Program-made: the position numbers and the translations under genes
The notes under the pieces: generated by a model
What the model saw: the letters and a program-made list of their open reading frames with translations, nothing else
Told to the model about the DNA's origin: nothing
Databases searched by the model: none
Shown: positions 1 to 6,822 of the stretch, piece by piece
How the letters are laid out: every line of letters begins with the position of its first letter
Numbering within the stretch: position 1 is the first letter of the stretch
Virus record (IMG/VR): IMGVR_UViG_3300028957_000063
Location: 1 to 8,511 of that record
DNA length: 8,511 bases
From: a virus
Taxonomy: Duplodnaviria > Heunggongvirae > Uroviricota > Caudoviricetes
Direction: 5' to 3' (one strand)

Positions 1-1
1 A

Positions 2-1282
2 TTAATTTTTCATTGCTTCGTTATGGGGCATGGTTGGGGCAAACTCGCTTAACTGTGTATTTAACAAAGCTACCTGTGCATTATTGTTTTCAGACATCCA
101 TTTTCCGTATACCTGAAATACCATTTGCGCATCTGCATGGCCCATCTGGTTTGCTATAAATGCCGGGTTAGCACCAGCTGTCAGCGACCAGCAGGCATAA
201 GTATGTCTCGACTGATATGATTTTCGATGGCGGAGTCCGGCACGTTTTATCGCTGCGTCCCACATCTGCCTTATTGAGTCAACGGTAAAATGGTCACCAT
301 AATTTTTTACTCTCGCTGACACTTCAGGTTGAAAAACAAAGGTGCATTTATGTTTTTCTGTTCTGCCATACTCTCTGAGGTGAACATCAATGATATGCTC
401 TTTGCTCAGTCTCGTTAATGTCATCTGACTCCGGAGAGCGTCGATTGCTGGCTTAATAAGATGAATGACCCGATTGGTTCCCGCCTGTGTTTTTGGTACC
501 GTGAAACGGTCTTTTGCTAAATTTCTCCTGATCATCATTGTTCCATTTTTCAGATCTATGTCCTCCCATCCAAGTGCACACAGCTCACCAGGGCGAACGC
601 CAGTATAAACAGAAATACACCATAAATTTTTGGCTTGCTGATTTCTGCACGCATCGATAAGACGGATGAATTCCTCCCGCGAAAGAGGATCCGGAATGGT
701 TCTTGATTCCTTTAATGGCGAGATCCCCTTAAACGGGTTATCTGCCAGGTAACCGTTATCAACACCAAACTGGAACACGGCGTTAAGATTTGTCATGTAA
801 TTATTTACAGTTACAGCCGATCTCCCTGGTTGTGTAACAATATAGTTACTTTTGGGGATCTGGTATCCAGTCAGTAGCTCTTTACGAACCTCCAGTAATT
901 TTTCTTTATTAATCGATGAGGCAAGATTTTTTTCACCGATTATGCTCAGGATATTTTTGATGACGGCACGGTATGTGTTGAGTGATGTTTTGGCGACTTC
1001 ATTTTCTTTCAGTGCCAGAAATTTTTCAGCCAGTTCTTTTATGGTTAAATCTTGTCGGGCCTCACCAAATTTTTCCAGATTGCGTGATGAGGGAAACTGT
1101 TTTGCATAGTCGAAAACACCAGTTTTTATTGCGTAACAAACAGAGGAGCGTAGTTCACCTGCAACGCGCCTGTTTTTTGCTGTGTCAGGAACCCCCAGAT
1201 TTTCCCTGACTCTTACGCCTTTATAAACAAACCAGATACGTAATTTCCCTCCATGGTTTTCCACGCCTGTCGGATATTTCAT
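2..1282 (-). CDS. int: Tyrosine-type site-specific integrase (lambdoid, IntR/IntE-like with N-terminal arm-binding domain). The ORF is open to 1297, but the second ATG at 1282 (MKYPTG...) is the likelier start.
   Basis: Long ORF with stop at 2-4. N-terminus MKYPTGVENHGGKLRIWF resembles arm-binding integrases such as Rac IntR (from memory). C-terminal region HRKSYQSRHTYACW...GHAD fits the tyrosine-recombinase R..H-x-x-R..Y pattern. GAGAAG Shine-Dalgarno-like sequence precedes the second ATG, none precedes the first. Sits next to an excisionase-like ORF. Confidence 0.9.
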   Translation of the reverse strand: MKYPTGVENHGGKLRIWFVYKGVRVRENLGVPDTAKNRRVAGELRSSVCYAIKTGVFDYAKQFPSSRNLEKFGEARQDLTIKELAEKFLALKENEVAKTSLNTYRAVIKNILSIIGEKNLASSINKEKLLEVRKELLTGYQIPKSNYIVTQPGRSAVTVNNYMTNLNAVFQFGVDNGYLADNPFKGISPLKESRTIPDPLSREEFIRLIDACRNQQAKNLWCISVYTGVRPGELCALGWEDIDLKNGTMMIRRNLAKDRFTVPKTQAGTNRVIHLIKPAIDALRSQMTLTRLSKEHIIDVHLREYGRTEKHKCTFVFQPEVSARVKNYGDHFTVDSIRQMWDAAIKRAGLRHRKSYQSRHTYACWSLTAGANPAFIANQMGHADAQMVFQVYGKWMSENNNAQVALLNTQLSEFAPTMPHNEAMKN

Positions 1283-1316
1283 TTCAACTTCTCTCATTAG
1301 TTAGTGTGGCTTTTAG

Positions 1317-1568
1317 TCAAGTAAGATGACGTCTTGGTCTCGCTGATGCCTGGCGCTCAATCCAGCGATCAATTTCTTCCAGGTTGTAAAAGCATGGACT
1401 GTTATCCCATGGCATACCGTCATGAGCGACATGCTTATATTCCCTTCCTTCCATAAACGATTTTTCCCGGGCCTTTTTTAACGTACCTTTTTTTATTCCT
1501 TTCAGCGCAATTAACTGCTCTTCGGATACCCATTTGCCGGGAGAGACAATCATGATTACTTCGCTCAT
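1317..1568 (-). CDS. xis: Excisionase-like small DNA-binding protein (83 aa), possibly the DUF1233-type putative excisionase family
   Basis: Small basic ORF immediately upstream of int on the same strand, 19 bp from the int start region. The family call rests on int-xis gene order and size; the sequence was not aligned to any known Xis. Alternative start at 1553 (MIVSPGKW). Confidence 0.6.
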   Translation of the reverse strand: MSEVIMIVSPGKWVSEEQLIALKGIKKGTLKKAREKSFMEGREYKHVAHDGMPWDNSPCFYNLEEIDRWIERQASARPRRHLT

Positions 1569-1597
1569 CGATTTCTTTATCTCTTACATCAGACGAG

Positions 1598-1629
1598 CGC
1601 CGGTTGCAGAATACCAGTCACAACCGGCG
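1598..1629 (-). other. Stem-loop between the exonuclease-like gene and xis
   Basis: 9-bp perfect stem CGCCGGTTG / CAACCGGCG with a 14-nt loop. No U-tract follows on the minus strand, so it is not a classic terminator. Confidence 0.4.
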
Positions 1630-1640
1630 ACAGTTGAACA

Positions 1641-4016
1641 TTAAGAATCAGCCTGACTCGGGATCAGTTTTTGCCAGATAACTGAAACGTATTTTGCCTG
1701 GTAACGGGCGTCATCAAGTGCATTATGGCGCTCACCTTCGAATGGAATAGCCGTTCTGGCATCGAAGTCTATGGCTTTCCCCAGCTCAACGATTGTGCGT
1801 ACATCGCGATCGTTGTAGTAACGCCACGGGCAGGGGATCCCCTGCCGTTCGTATGAACGGCGCAAAATCGTGTTGTCGAAGTTGGCTCCATTTCCCCAGA
1901 CCTGAACAAAAAATTCACCGGAGTTTTCGTCGATAAATTCCCGCAATTGTAACAGTGCATCATCTAACGGGATTTCATCGGTCATAATGGCAGATTGCGC
2001 TTCGCGTGATTGCTTAAGCCACCATTTAATGGTGTCCCGATCAATGACTCCGCCAGCAGTTTCCAGATCGATAGTCTTACTAAATTCCGGTCCCATATCT
2101 CCGGTTTGCGGATCGAAAAATATTGCACCTATTGAGATGATCGGGGCATCAGGATTTTTTCCCATGGTTTCAAGGTCGATCATTAGATGGTCACACGTCC
2201 TGCTGGTGGATGTGATTTCGTGATGACCGTTCACCGCAATTAAGGGATCTGCCGTCTCGCCAGTTTCATTATCGCTATTGTGATGCTGATTGCCGCCAGT
2301 GTTCTCCTTGTGTGGATGTTCAGCGCCTTCCATTTCCTCCGGATCATTTTCCTGAACTTCAACCTGATTCTCTTCATTGAATGTTTCCTGGTATGTTGCG
2401 TCGCCCATCACCGCGCCACAATCAGGGCAGTTGCCGCCACCGCTCTGACCGCAGGCGGTGCAGACTTTTTCCGTTTCTTGTTGGTTCTGGTTCACTGAAT
2501 CGCGGATTTCAATCCCCTTCACCCATTTCGGATCATTCGGGTCGCTAATTCCTGCAACAAATTCACCGCGAGAGGCCGCAAGCAACTTATCGGCGTCAGG
2601 CTGGCTGATATTGGCTGCCTGCATAATTTTGTTTACTTCGTCAGCGGTAACTTTTACCGGCTCTGGTTGTGCGGTCGTGTCAGATGCACCAGTATTTTGT
2701 TGTGAACCTGAGTACGTGCCGTTTTTACGTGCGAAGTATTCCTCTTTTGTGATTTCCGTAGCTCCCAAGGCCAGTGCTTTTTCCAGACCAGAAAGTTTGT
2801 TTGCGCGACCGTATTTTTCGCCGTCCTTATCGGTGAAAAGGAAATAGAACGGCCCCTCTCGTTCTACAGATGATTCGGCTTCCACTTCGCATTCGGTTTT
2901 TTCGTTGTTCGGCATTGCCGTTTCCACTGCATCAGCTTCTGGTACTGGCGACGGGAGAGTATCAGTTGCGCTCTGATTTGTTCCTTCATCTTCAAACACG
3001 CCCTTTGTAGTCAGGTATTCAGTGATGTATTTGTTCAGCGCCACAGGATCTTTGTGAATGTCGATCGGACGTTCACGAACGAGGCCGAAAATAGTCTGGC
3101 AGCTGTAGTGAAGCGCATCAGGCTGTTTGCGCATTGATGCGGAGATGCGCTTCCAGTCTTCGCGATCCTTGTCGATAACTTCATTTTTTGCCCAGCGATG
3201 GATGCTGCCGTCAATGTTTCCTGCATCAATATCACCAGGCCAGAGAGCGCAGGCCAGTTCTTCATCCAGTGTTTTCCATGTCTGCTTGTATTCGCGACGA
3301 ATGGCGGCAGTGGCGGGGTTGATTTTTCCTGCTGAGTTTTCAGTGTGCTGCCGGTTGACTCTGGCGCGGGCAAGATCAACAACAGACGTGTATTTCCCGG
3401 TTTCTTTGCGTTCGGCTTCGCGACGTTTTTTCCAGGTGCGTAATTCTGTCTGGATCTCAGGCCATTTTGCACCCGGCTTACATTTATGTTTAACCCACCC
3501 GATGGCGAGCAGTTTTAGTTCTGAATACATGACGTTAACTTCAGGCATTTTCATCAATGCCTCAACGATATGCCCGTCGAATGTTGCCATGTCCTCCTGC
3601 AACAATTCCTGTGCACTAATCACCATATCAACGGTGATGTTTTCACATGTACCGAACTTAACCAGGACCGCGTTCTGTACTTCAAGGGACAGCTTGTCAA
3701 AATTGACGTTCATCGGATCGGATTCTGGTTCGACCGGAACAAAGGAAGCGCCTTCCTCATCCCAGCGGTTTTCCAGCATATATTCGGTATCCCAGGAGTC
3801 GATGGCAGGGCGGGGCATGCCGGGTTTATCCTCGCAGACAAGAAATTTATAAGCGCAGTCCTGAGCAGCCGGATATTGCTCCAGGAATTGCCAGGTAAAT
3901 TTGGCACGGGCGCGGCGTTCGTCGCCGGCTTCAATGGCAGTGGCTACAGCGACTGCACCTTCTTCCTTTATTGCCTGTTCGTCCGGAATGGCGGCGCAAA
4001 TAAAGACTTTACTCAT
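1641..4016 (-). CDS. Large prophage protein (791 aa) with a C-terminal DnaQ-like DEDDh 3'-5' exonuclease domain, a CxxC-x10-CxxC zinc-ribbon motif and an acidic linker. Proteins of this kind are often annotated exodeoxyribonuclease VIII-like.
   Basis: Uninterrupted 2376-nt ORF. Exonuclease motifs read in the translation: MIDLETMG (D-x-E, encoded from 2183 downward), WGNGANFD and HNALDDA (H-x4-D). Cys cluster VCTACGQSGGGNCPDCG is encoded at about 2400-2462. Occupies the position of the recombination module (exo/bet or recE) in lambdoid prophages. Confidence 0.8.
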   Translation of the reverse strand: MSKVFICAAIPDEQAIKEEGAVAVATAIEAGDERRARAKFTWQFLEQYPAAQDCAYKFLVCEDKPGMPRPAIDSWDTEYMLENRWDEEGASFVPVEPESDPMNVNFDKLSLEVQNAVLVKFGTCENITVDMVISAQELLQEDMATFDGHIVEALMKMPEVNVMYSELKLLAIGWVKHKCKPGAKWPEIQTELRTWKKRREAERKETGKYTSVVDLARARVNRQHTENSAGKINPATAAIRREYKQTWKTLDEELACALWPGDIDAGNIDGSIHRWAKNEVIDKDREDWKRISASMRKQPDALHYSCQTIFGLVRERPIDIHKDPVALNKYITEYLTTKGVFEDEGTNQSATDTLPSPVPEADAVETAMPNNEKTECEVEAESSVEREGPFYFLFTDKDGEKYGRANKLSGLEKALALGATEITKEEYFARKNGTYSGSQQNTGASDTTAQPEPVKVTADEVNKIMQAANISQPDADKLLAASRGEFVAGISDPNDPKWVKGIEIRDSVNQNQQETEKVCTACGQSGGGNCPDCGAVMGDATYQETFNEENQVEVQENDPEEMEGAEHPHKENTGGNQHHNSDNETGETADPLIAVNGHHEITSTSRTCDHLMIDLETMGKNPDAPIISIGAIFFDPQTGDMGPEFSKTIDLETAGGVIDRDTIKWWLKQSREAQSAIMTDEIPLDDALLQLREFIDENSGEFFVQVWGNGANFDNTILRRSYERQGIPCPWRYYNDRDVRTIVELGKAIDFDARTAIPFEGERHNALDDARYQAKYVSVIWQKLIPSQADS

Positions 4017-4096
4017 TTTGTTTTAACCTCATTACAGATTTAAGGGTGAACAAATCCCTGCCATTGCTGGCATATAAAAATGAAACCGGATATTAA

Positions 4097-4300
4097 TTAC
4101 GGTGCTGTTTTAAGTCCTGCCGGGATTTCGTTATTGTCCATGCGAATAACTTTATCAACCGGATAACAGTTGCCGGGAATTTTCTGTTCCGCTGCGGCAG
4201 CCATGCATTCTTTCATTGAGTCATGTATACCAATAACAAGATCGACTGGTTCGCCTGTATTAAGAAAAACTGTCAGAACGAGTGCAAATGCTGTATTCAT
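4097..4300 (-). CDS. Hypothetical small protein (67 aa from MNTAFALVLTVFLNTG...) with a hydrophobic N-terminus, possibly signal-peptide or membrane associated
   Basis: ATG at 4298-4300 is preceded by AAAGGA. The upstream ORF's stop lies 2 nt before this ATG, suggesting translational coupling. Function unknown. Confidence 0.5.
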   Translation of the reverse strand: MNTAFALVLTVFLNTGEPVDLVIGIHDSMKECMAAAAEQKIPGNCYPVDKVIRMDNNEIPAGLKTAP

Positions 4301-4302
4301 TG

Positions 4303-4485
4303 TCAGCGTCCTTTTTGCATCAGGCGTAAACGGGCCAGCATTGAAACAATGCATATTTGATTTAATAGCTCCCGTTCGTGTTTTCTCTTATTAATGGCAT
4401 CTTCAGTAAATACAGGGTTACTGATTCTGACACCAATTTCAAAACAACCTTCAGACGTATTGACGTTTGGTAATAACGTTTCCAT
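4303..4485 (-). CDS. Hypothetical small protein (60 aa)
   Basis: ATG at 4483-4485 with a GAGGA Shine-Dalgarno sequence about 7 nt upstream. Co-oriented with and tightly coupled to the next small ORF. No family recognised. Confidence 0.5.
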   Translation of the reverse strand: METLLPNVNTSEGCFEIGVRISNPVFTEDAINKRKHERELLNQICIVSMLARLRLMQKGR

Positions 4486-4502
4486 TATCGCGTCCTCAAC
4501 AA

Positions 4503-4662
4503 TGAATTTTGTGATGCGGTGCCTGGTGCCTCCAGGTGACGTTAACCAGTTAACAATTAACGCCGGATACAGGGAAACCCATAAACACCCGATACGGGGG
4601 AACTAATCGCTTTTTAACTGTTCCGCGTGCGCTGAGCCGCATTCACCGCATCACAAAATTCA
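4503..4662. repeat. Perfect 19-bp inverted repeat pair flanking a 122-bp core
   Basis: TGAATTTTGTGATGCGGTG at 4503-4521 is the exact reverse complement of 4644-4662. The core contains hairpin CCTGG-TGCCT-CCAGG (4522-4536) and three closely spaced TTAAC/GTTAAC copies (4550-4570). Confidence 0.7.
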
Positions 4663-4665
4663 CTT

Positions 4666-4712
4666 TAAAAAGGGCGGGTATCACAAGGGAAAACAAAAAA
4701 CGGATACCCGCC
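4666..4712 (-). terminator. Candidate intrinsic terminator for leftward transcription (tL-like)
   Basis: 10-bp GC-rich stem (4673-4682 pairs with 4703-4712) with a 20-nt loop, followed on the minus strand by C then TTTTT (complement of 4667-4671). The loop is long and the U-tract short, so this is tentative. Confidence 0.35.
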
Positions 4713-5052
4713 AAAAGGTAATCAACATGGGTTGTTGTAGCGGGGTTGTCACTCAGGCGTATGGTCAACCTGACAACCCGGTGCCACCAATGGGGGTAAG
4801 GAATAACCCCGCCATACTTACCGCCGCGCCATTTCGCGGATTGCCACAACCGGAAGCGCACGGTCGACGAAAATTTAACGACAGGCTATCTATGAACCAG
4901 CTACCTCGCCGTGCGCTTTCGCGTTATGCCCTGACTTTTCAGGGATATATCCTTTCAGTAAACTGTCAGTGCCGGATGTTCACCCGTGTCCGGCGCACGC
5001 ACTCCACTTCACCCGTGGAGAACTCCTTAATTACCAACCCTCAGGAGGGTGA

Positions 5053-5286
5053 ATGTTAAAATCAACTCTTATTGCTAAATGCCTTTATCAAAATCGCATG
5101 GTAAGCAGCATTTCAATAGGCGAGTCTGCAGTTAAAAGTATTTTCGAAGAGTACTTTCCCGGGCATGATTTTAATAAATGGAATACCAAATTACCGCCAG
5201 CAGTTTCAACGCGTATTCTGAAAGCAACTGAAAGAGCAAGTACAATTCGCGTTAACTATTTCATTAAAGATTTGTGGGATCTTTGA
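5053..5286 (+). CDS. Hypothetical small protein (77 aa), encoded opposite to the surrounding leftward operon
   Basis: Strong Shine-Dalgarno AGGAGG 4-5 nt upstream of ATG 5053. AT-rich codon usage unlike the flanking DNA (by eye). Its 3' end overlaps the convergent 135-aa ORF by 23 nt. No family recognised. Confidence 0.45.
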   Translation: MLKSTLIAKCLYQNRMVSSISIGESAVKSIFEEYFPGHDFNKWNTKLPPAVSTRILKATERASTIRVNYFIKDLWDL

Positions 5287-5671
5287 TATCCACAGAGCCT
5301 AAAGTATGTGCATATGGATGTGCTATTGTGCGCCCTCGCAGATTTGCATCATTTTCTAAATTCACTGAACGAAACAGGGCATCAACAAGGCTCTGTACAA
5401 TGCAAAGGCAATCGAAGACTGTCGCCGTTTCTGTTTTGATTGATGAAAGAACATGGCCATTCACGCAAACAGAAATTACCCGTTTATTAACATCGCTTTC
5501 CTGCTTTTGATTATCAGAACCATATAGCCCAGAAAAAGCATTGCGCACATTACAAACCATATTATCGATGGTTTCTTTTTTGGTGTATGCCGGGTCAATT
5601 TTCACCAGACTATCACCGAGAGTCGTTGCAGCAATTGTCTGGATTTCTTTTGGTAAATCTTTAAATTCCAT
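5264..5671 (-). CDS. Hypothetical protein (135 aa), in an AT-rich accessory segment
   Basis: ATG at 5669-5671 with GAGG about 8 nt upstream. Starts 22 nt after the stop of the upstream 72-aa ORF. No family recognised. Confidence 0.55.
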   Translation of the reverse strand: MEFKDLPKEIQTIAATTLGDSLVKIDPAYTKKETIDNMVCNVRNAFSGLYGSDNQKQESDVNKRVISVCVNGHVLSSIKTETATVFDCLCIVQSLVDALFRSVNLENDANLRGRTIAHPYAHTLGSVDIKDPTNL

Positions 5672-5693
5672 TATTAGCCTCGTTGGTTAGCTA

Positions 5694-5912
5694 TTAACGT
5701 GGGTATGTAATCATTCTTGCAATGCTTAATGCCGCTGCTTTTTCCAGCCTGGTGATATCCTGCTCCAGAGCGGACAGATTTTCAGCCTGCTTAGCCCTGG
5801 CTTCATTGGCCCATTTCAGATCCTGCGCTGCATTAATTTTCTGGCGCATCCACTCATAAAGTTCATCATCGGTATAGTCTGGCGCGATGATGACGGGTTC
5901 TCGTTTCTGCAT
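5694..5912 (-). CDS. Hypothetical small protein (72 aa)
   Basis: ATG at 5910-5912 preceded by GAGGAA. An in-frame TAA lies just upstream at the gap edge, so it is an independent ORF and not a continuation of the gene broken by the N-run. Confidence 0.55.
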   Translation of the reverse strand: MQKREPVIIAPDYTDDELYEWMRQKINAAQDLKWANEARAKQAENLSALEQDITRLEKAAALSIARMITYPR

Positions 5913-5952
5913 ACTGATTCCTCGCGGTGCTGCTTCGCTTATCAGGCGTTAG

Positions 5953-5987
5953 NNNNNNNNNNNNNNNNNNNNNNNNNNNNNNNNNNN
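5953..5987. other. Run of 35 ambiguous bases (N): assembly gap or masked segment of unknown true length
   Basis: Directly visible in the sequence. Confidence 0.99.
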
Positions 5988-6054
5988 CTTCGCCTTCGGC
6001 AAGGCCTTCGAAGTATTCTTCGTAAGCCTTTTCCATGATTGTGTCGAAATCCAT
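5988..6054 (-). CDS. 5' fragment of a small prophage gene (MDFDTIMEKAYEEYFEGLAEGE...) truncated by the N-run. Possibly a YdaF/DUF1391-like protein, but this is very uncertain.
   Basis: ATG at 6052-6054 with AGGTGA upstream. The preceding gene's TGA ends 1 nt before this ATG. The reading frame runs into the 5953-5987 N-run, so the 3' end is unknown. Confidence 0.35.
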
Positions 6055-6055
6055 A

Positions 6056-6211
6056 TCACTCACCTGAGTTTCTTTCCAGCCAGCGACGGGCACCATTTTC
6101 GGTTTTAAACGTTTTGCTTTTGGTATACGTCATCGCGGTGAATGTGCCGTCCTGGTTGGGAAACACGCCGTACACCAGAGATTCGTTGTTGCCAAGATCG
6201 ATAGTATCCAT
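6056..6211 (-). CDS. Small prophage protein (51 aa, MDTIDLGNNESLVYGVFPNQDGTF...), possibly YdaG-like
   Basis: ATG at 6209-6211 with GAGGT 5 nt upstream. It is the first gene downstream of the putative leftward promoter region. The longer ORF-track start at 6265 has no Shine-Dalgarno sequence. The family guess is from memory only. Confidence 0.5.
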   Translation of the reverse strand: MDTIDLGNNESLVYGVFPNQDGTFTAMTYTKSKTFKTENGARRWLERNSGE

Positions 6212-6265
6212 GTTGACCTCATTTCCCCTTAACGCCGGGGTAGCGGAACTGTTTGCTGAGAACAC

Positions 6266-6414
6266 CGTGCGGTGTCTTGATGAATAAAATTTAGAATAAC
6301 CTAAGGTGGATGGTCAAGGTTTTTGTGTAGAAAAACCTAAGTTTTTTTGATGTAAAAAACACAAGTGTTTGAAAGTTTGTGCTTTTTATTACAGGGTGTG
6401 GAGAAAAAAGGGGG
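6266..6414 (-). promoter_or_regulatory. AT-rich intergenic region downstream of the repressor gene: putative leftward early promoter (pL analogue) with operator-like sites
   Basis: On the minus strand, TTGACC (complement of 6313-6318) is followed about 18 nt later by TAAATT. Operator-like imperfect palindromes at 6289-6306 (ATTTAGAATAACCTAAGG) and 6325-6342 (GTGTAGAAAAACCTAAGT) share the TAG-N6-CTAAG core with the pR-side sites. Confidence 0.4.
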
Positions 6415-6822
6415 TTATTTGTTTGCGCTTCTTTTGCGAGCTTTGAGTAGTTCTTCAAAAAGTTTGTTGAAATTTTCAACTCGAGCACGCATCTCTGACA
6501 ACAGGGCCTTTTGCTCTGACTCAGGCAGTGCGTCGAACAGTTGAAGTAACTCTTTTTGATCTTCTGTCAGAATGGCTGGTTGATTATCCGGGAGCGGTTC
6601 GCCTGGTTGTTTATCTTCATCCCCAAAAAGAAGCCAAGTCGGTGAGCACTGAAGCGCTTGGCTCAGTGCGAATAATCTTTTCCCCGCCGGCTGTGTTTCA
6701 TCTCTTTCCCATTGAGAAATTGTTACGTGAGCCACTTTGACCAGCTTACCTAATGCGGCCTGAGACAGTTTTAATTTTTTACGCCTATGTAAGAGGCGAG
6801 CACCGAAGGTTTCGTTTTTCAT
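6415..6822 (-). CDS. dicA: Prophage repressor, HTH XRE-family, DicA-like (cI analogue), 135 aa
   Basis: N-terminal HTH (LSQAALGKLVKVAHVTISQWER). Strong resemblance from memory to E. coli DicA (blocks such as LFALS..LQCSPTWxLFGDEDKQP and EMRARVxNFNKLFEELLKAR). Divergently arranged with a Cro/DicC-like gene. Confidence 0.85.
   Translation of the reverse strand: MKNETFGARLLHRRKKLKLSQAALGKLVKVAHVTISQWERDETQPAGKRLFALSQALQCSPTWLLFGDEDKQPGEPLPDNQPAILTEDQKELLQLFDALPESEQKALLSEMRARVENFNKLFEELLKARKRSANK

Noticed and set aside
852-1209. Plus-strand ORFs 852-1109 and 982-1209
   Set aside because: Lie entirely antisense within the integrase gene, with low-complexity translations and no ribosome-binding site; treated as shadow ORFs.
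1769-4043. Multiple ORFs on both strands (1769-1963, 1987-2223, 2280-2498, 2458-2847, 3035-3472, 3127-3852, 3570-4043, 3710-3934)
   Set aside because: All are nested within or antisense to the 791-aa exonuclease-like gene, which has clear enzyme motifs. Their Ser/Cys/Arg-rich translations are typical of out-of-frame reading.
4170-4606. Plus-strand ORFs 4170-4394 and 4394-4606
   Set aside because: Antisense to the two small minus-strand genes that have good ribosome-binding sites and coupled stop/start; no Shine-Dalgarno sequence of their own.
4503-4662. ERIC/REP-type enterobacterial repeat, or a retron msr-msd, as explanation for the inverted repeats and structured region
   Set aside because: The arms do not resemble the ERIC or REP sequences I can recall, and no reverse-transcriptase gene is present nearby, so neither label is supported.
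4643-4861. Minus-strand ORF of 72 aa
   Set aside because: Spans the inverted-repeat arm and the terminator-like hairpin, has a Trp/Arg-rich implausible translation and no ribosome-binding site; likely a chance ORF in GC-rich DNA.
4727-5059. Plus-strand ORF of 110 aa whose stop overlaps the start of the 77-aa gene
   Set aside because: Pro/Arg/Gly-rich composition, weak ribosome-binding site, and the DNA is packed with hairpins. More consistent with non-coding structured sequence, but not fully excluded (see finding).
5274-5510. Plus-strand ORF of 78 aa
   Set aside because: Antisense within the 135-aa minus-strand gene, which has better start context; no Shine-Dalgarno sequence.
5866-6096. 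ORF-track ORF reading through the N-run
   Set aside because: Frame continuity across the gap is meaningless because gap length is arbitrary. The part downstream of the gap is out of frame with the independently supported 72-aa gene. Only the 5' fragment (5988-6054) was kept.
6039-6488. ORFs 6039-6287 (+) and 6291-6488 (-)
   Set aside because: The first is antisense to the 51-aa gene. The second lies in the AT-rich intergenic promoter/operator region and overlaps the repressor 3' end; low-complexity translation.
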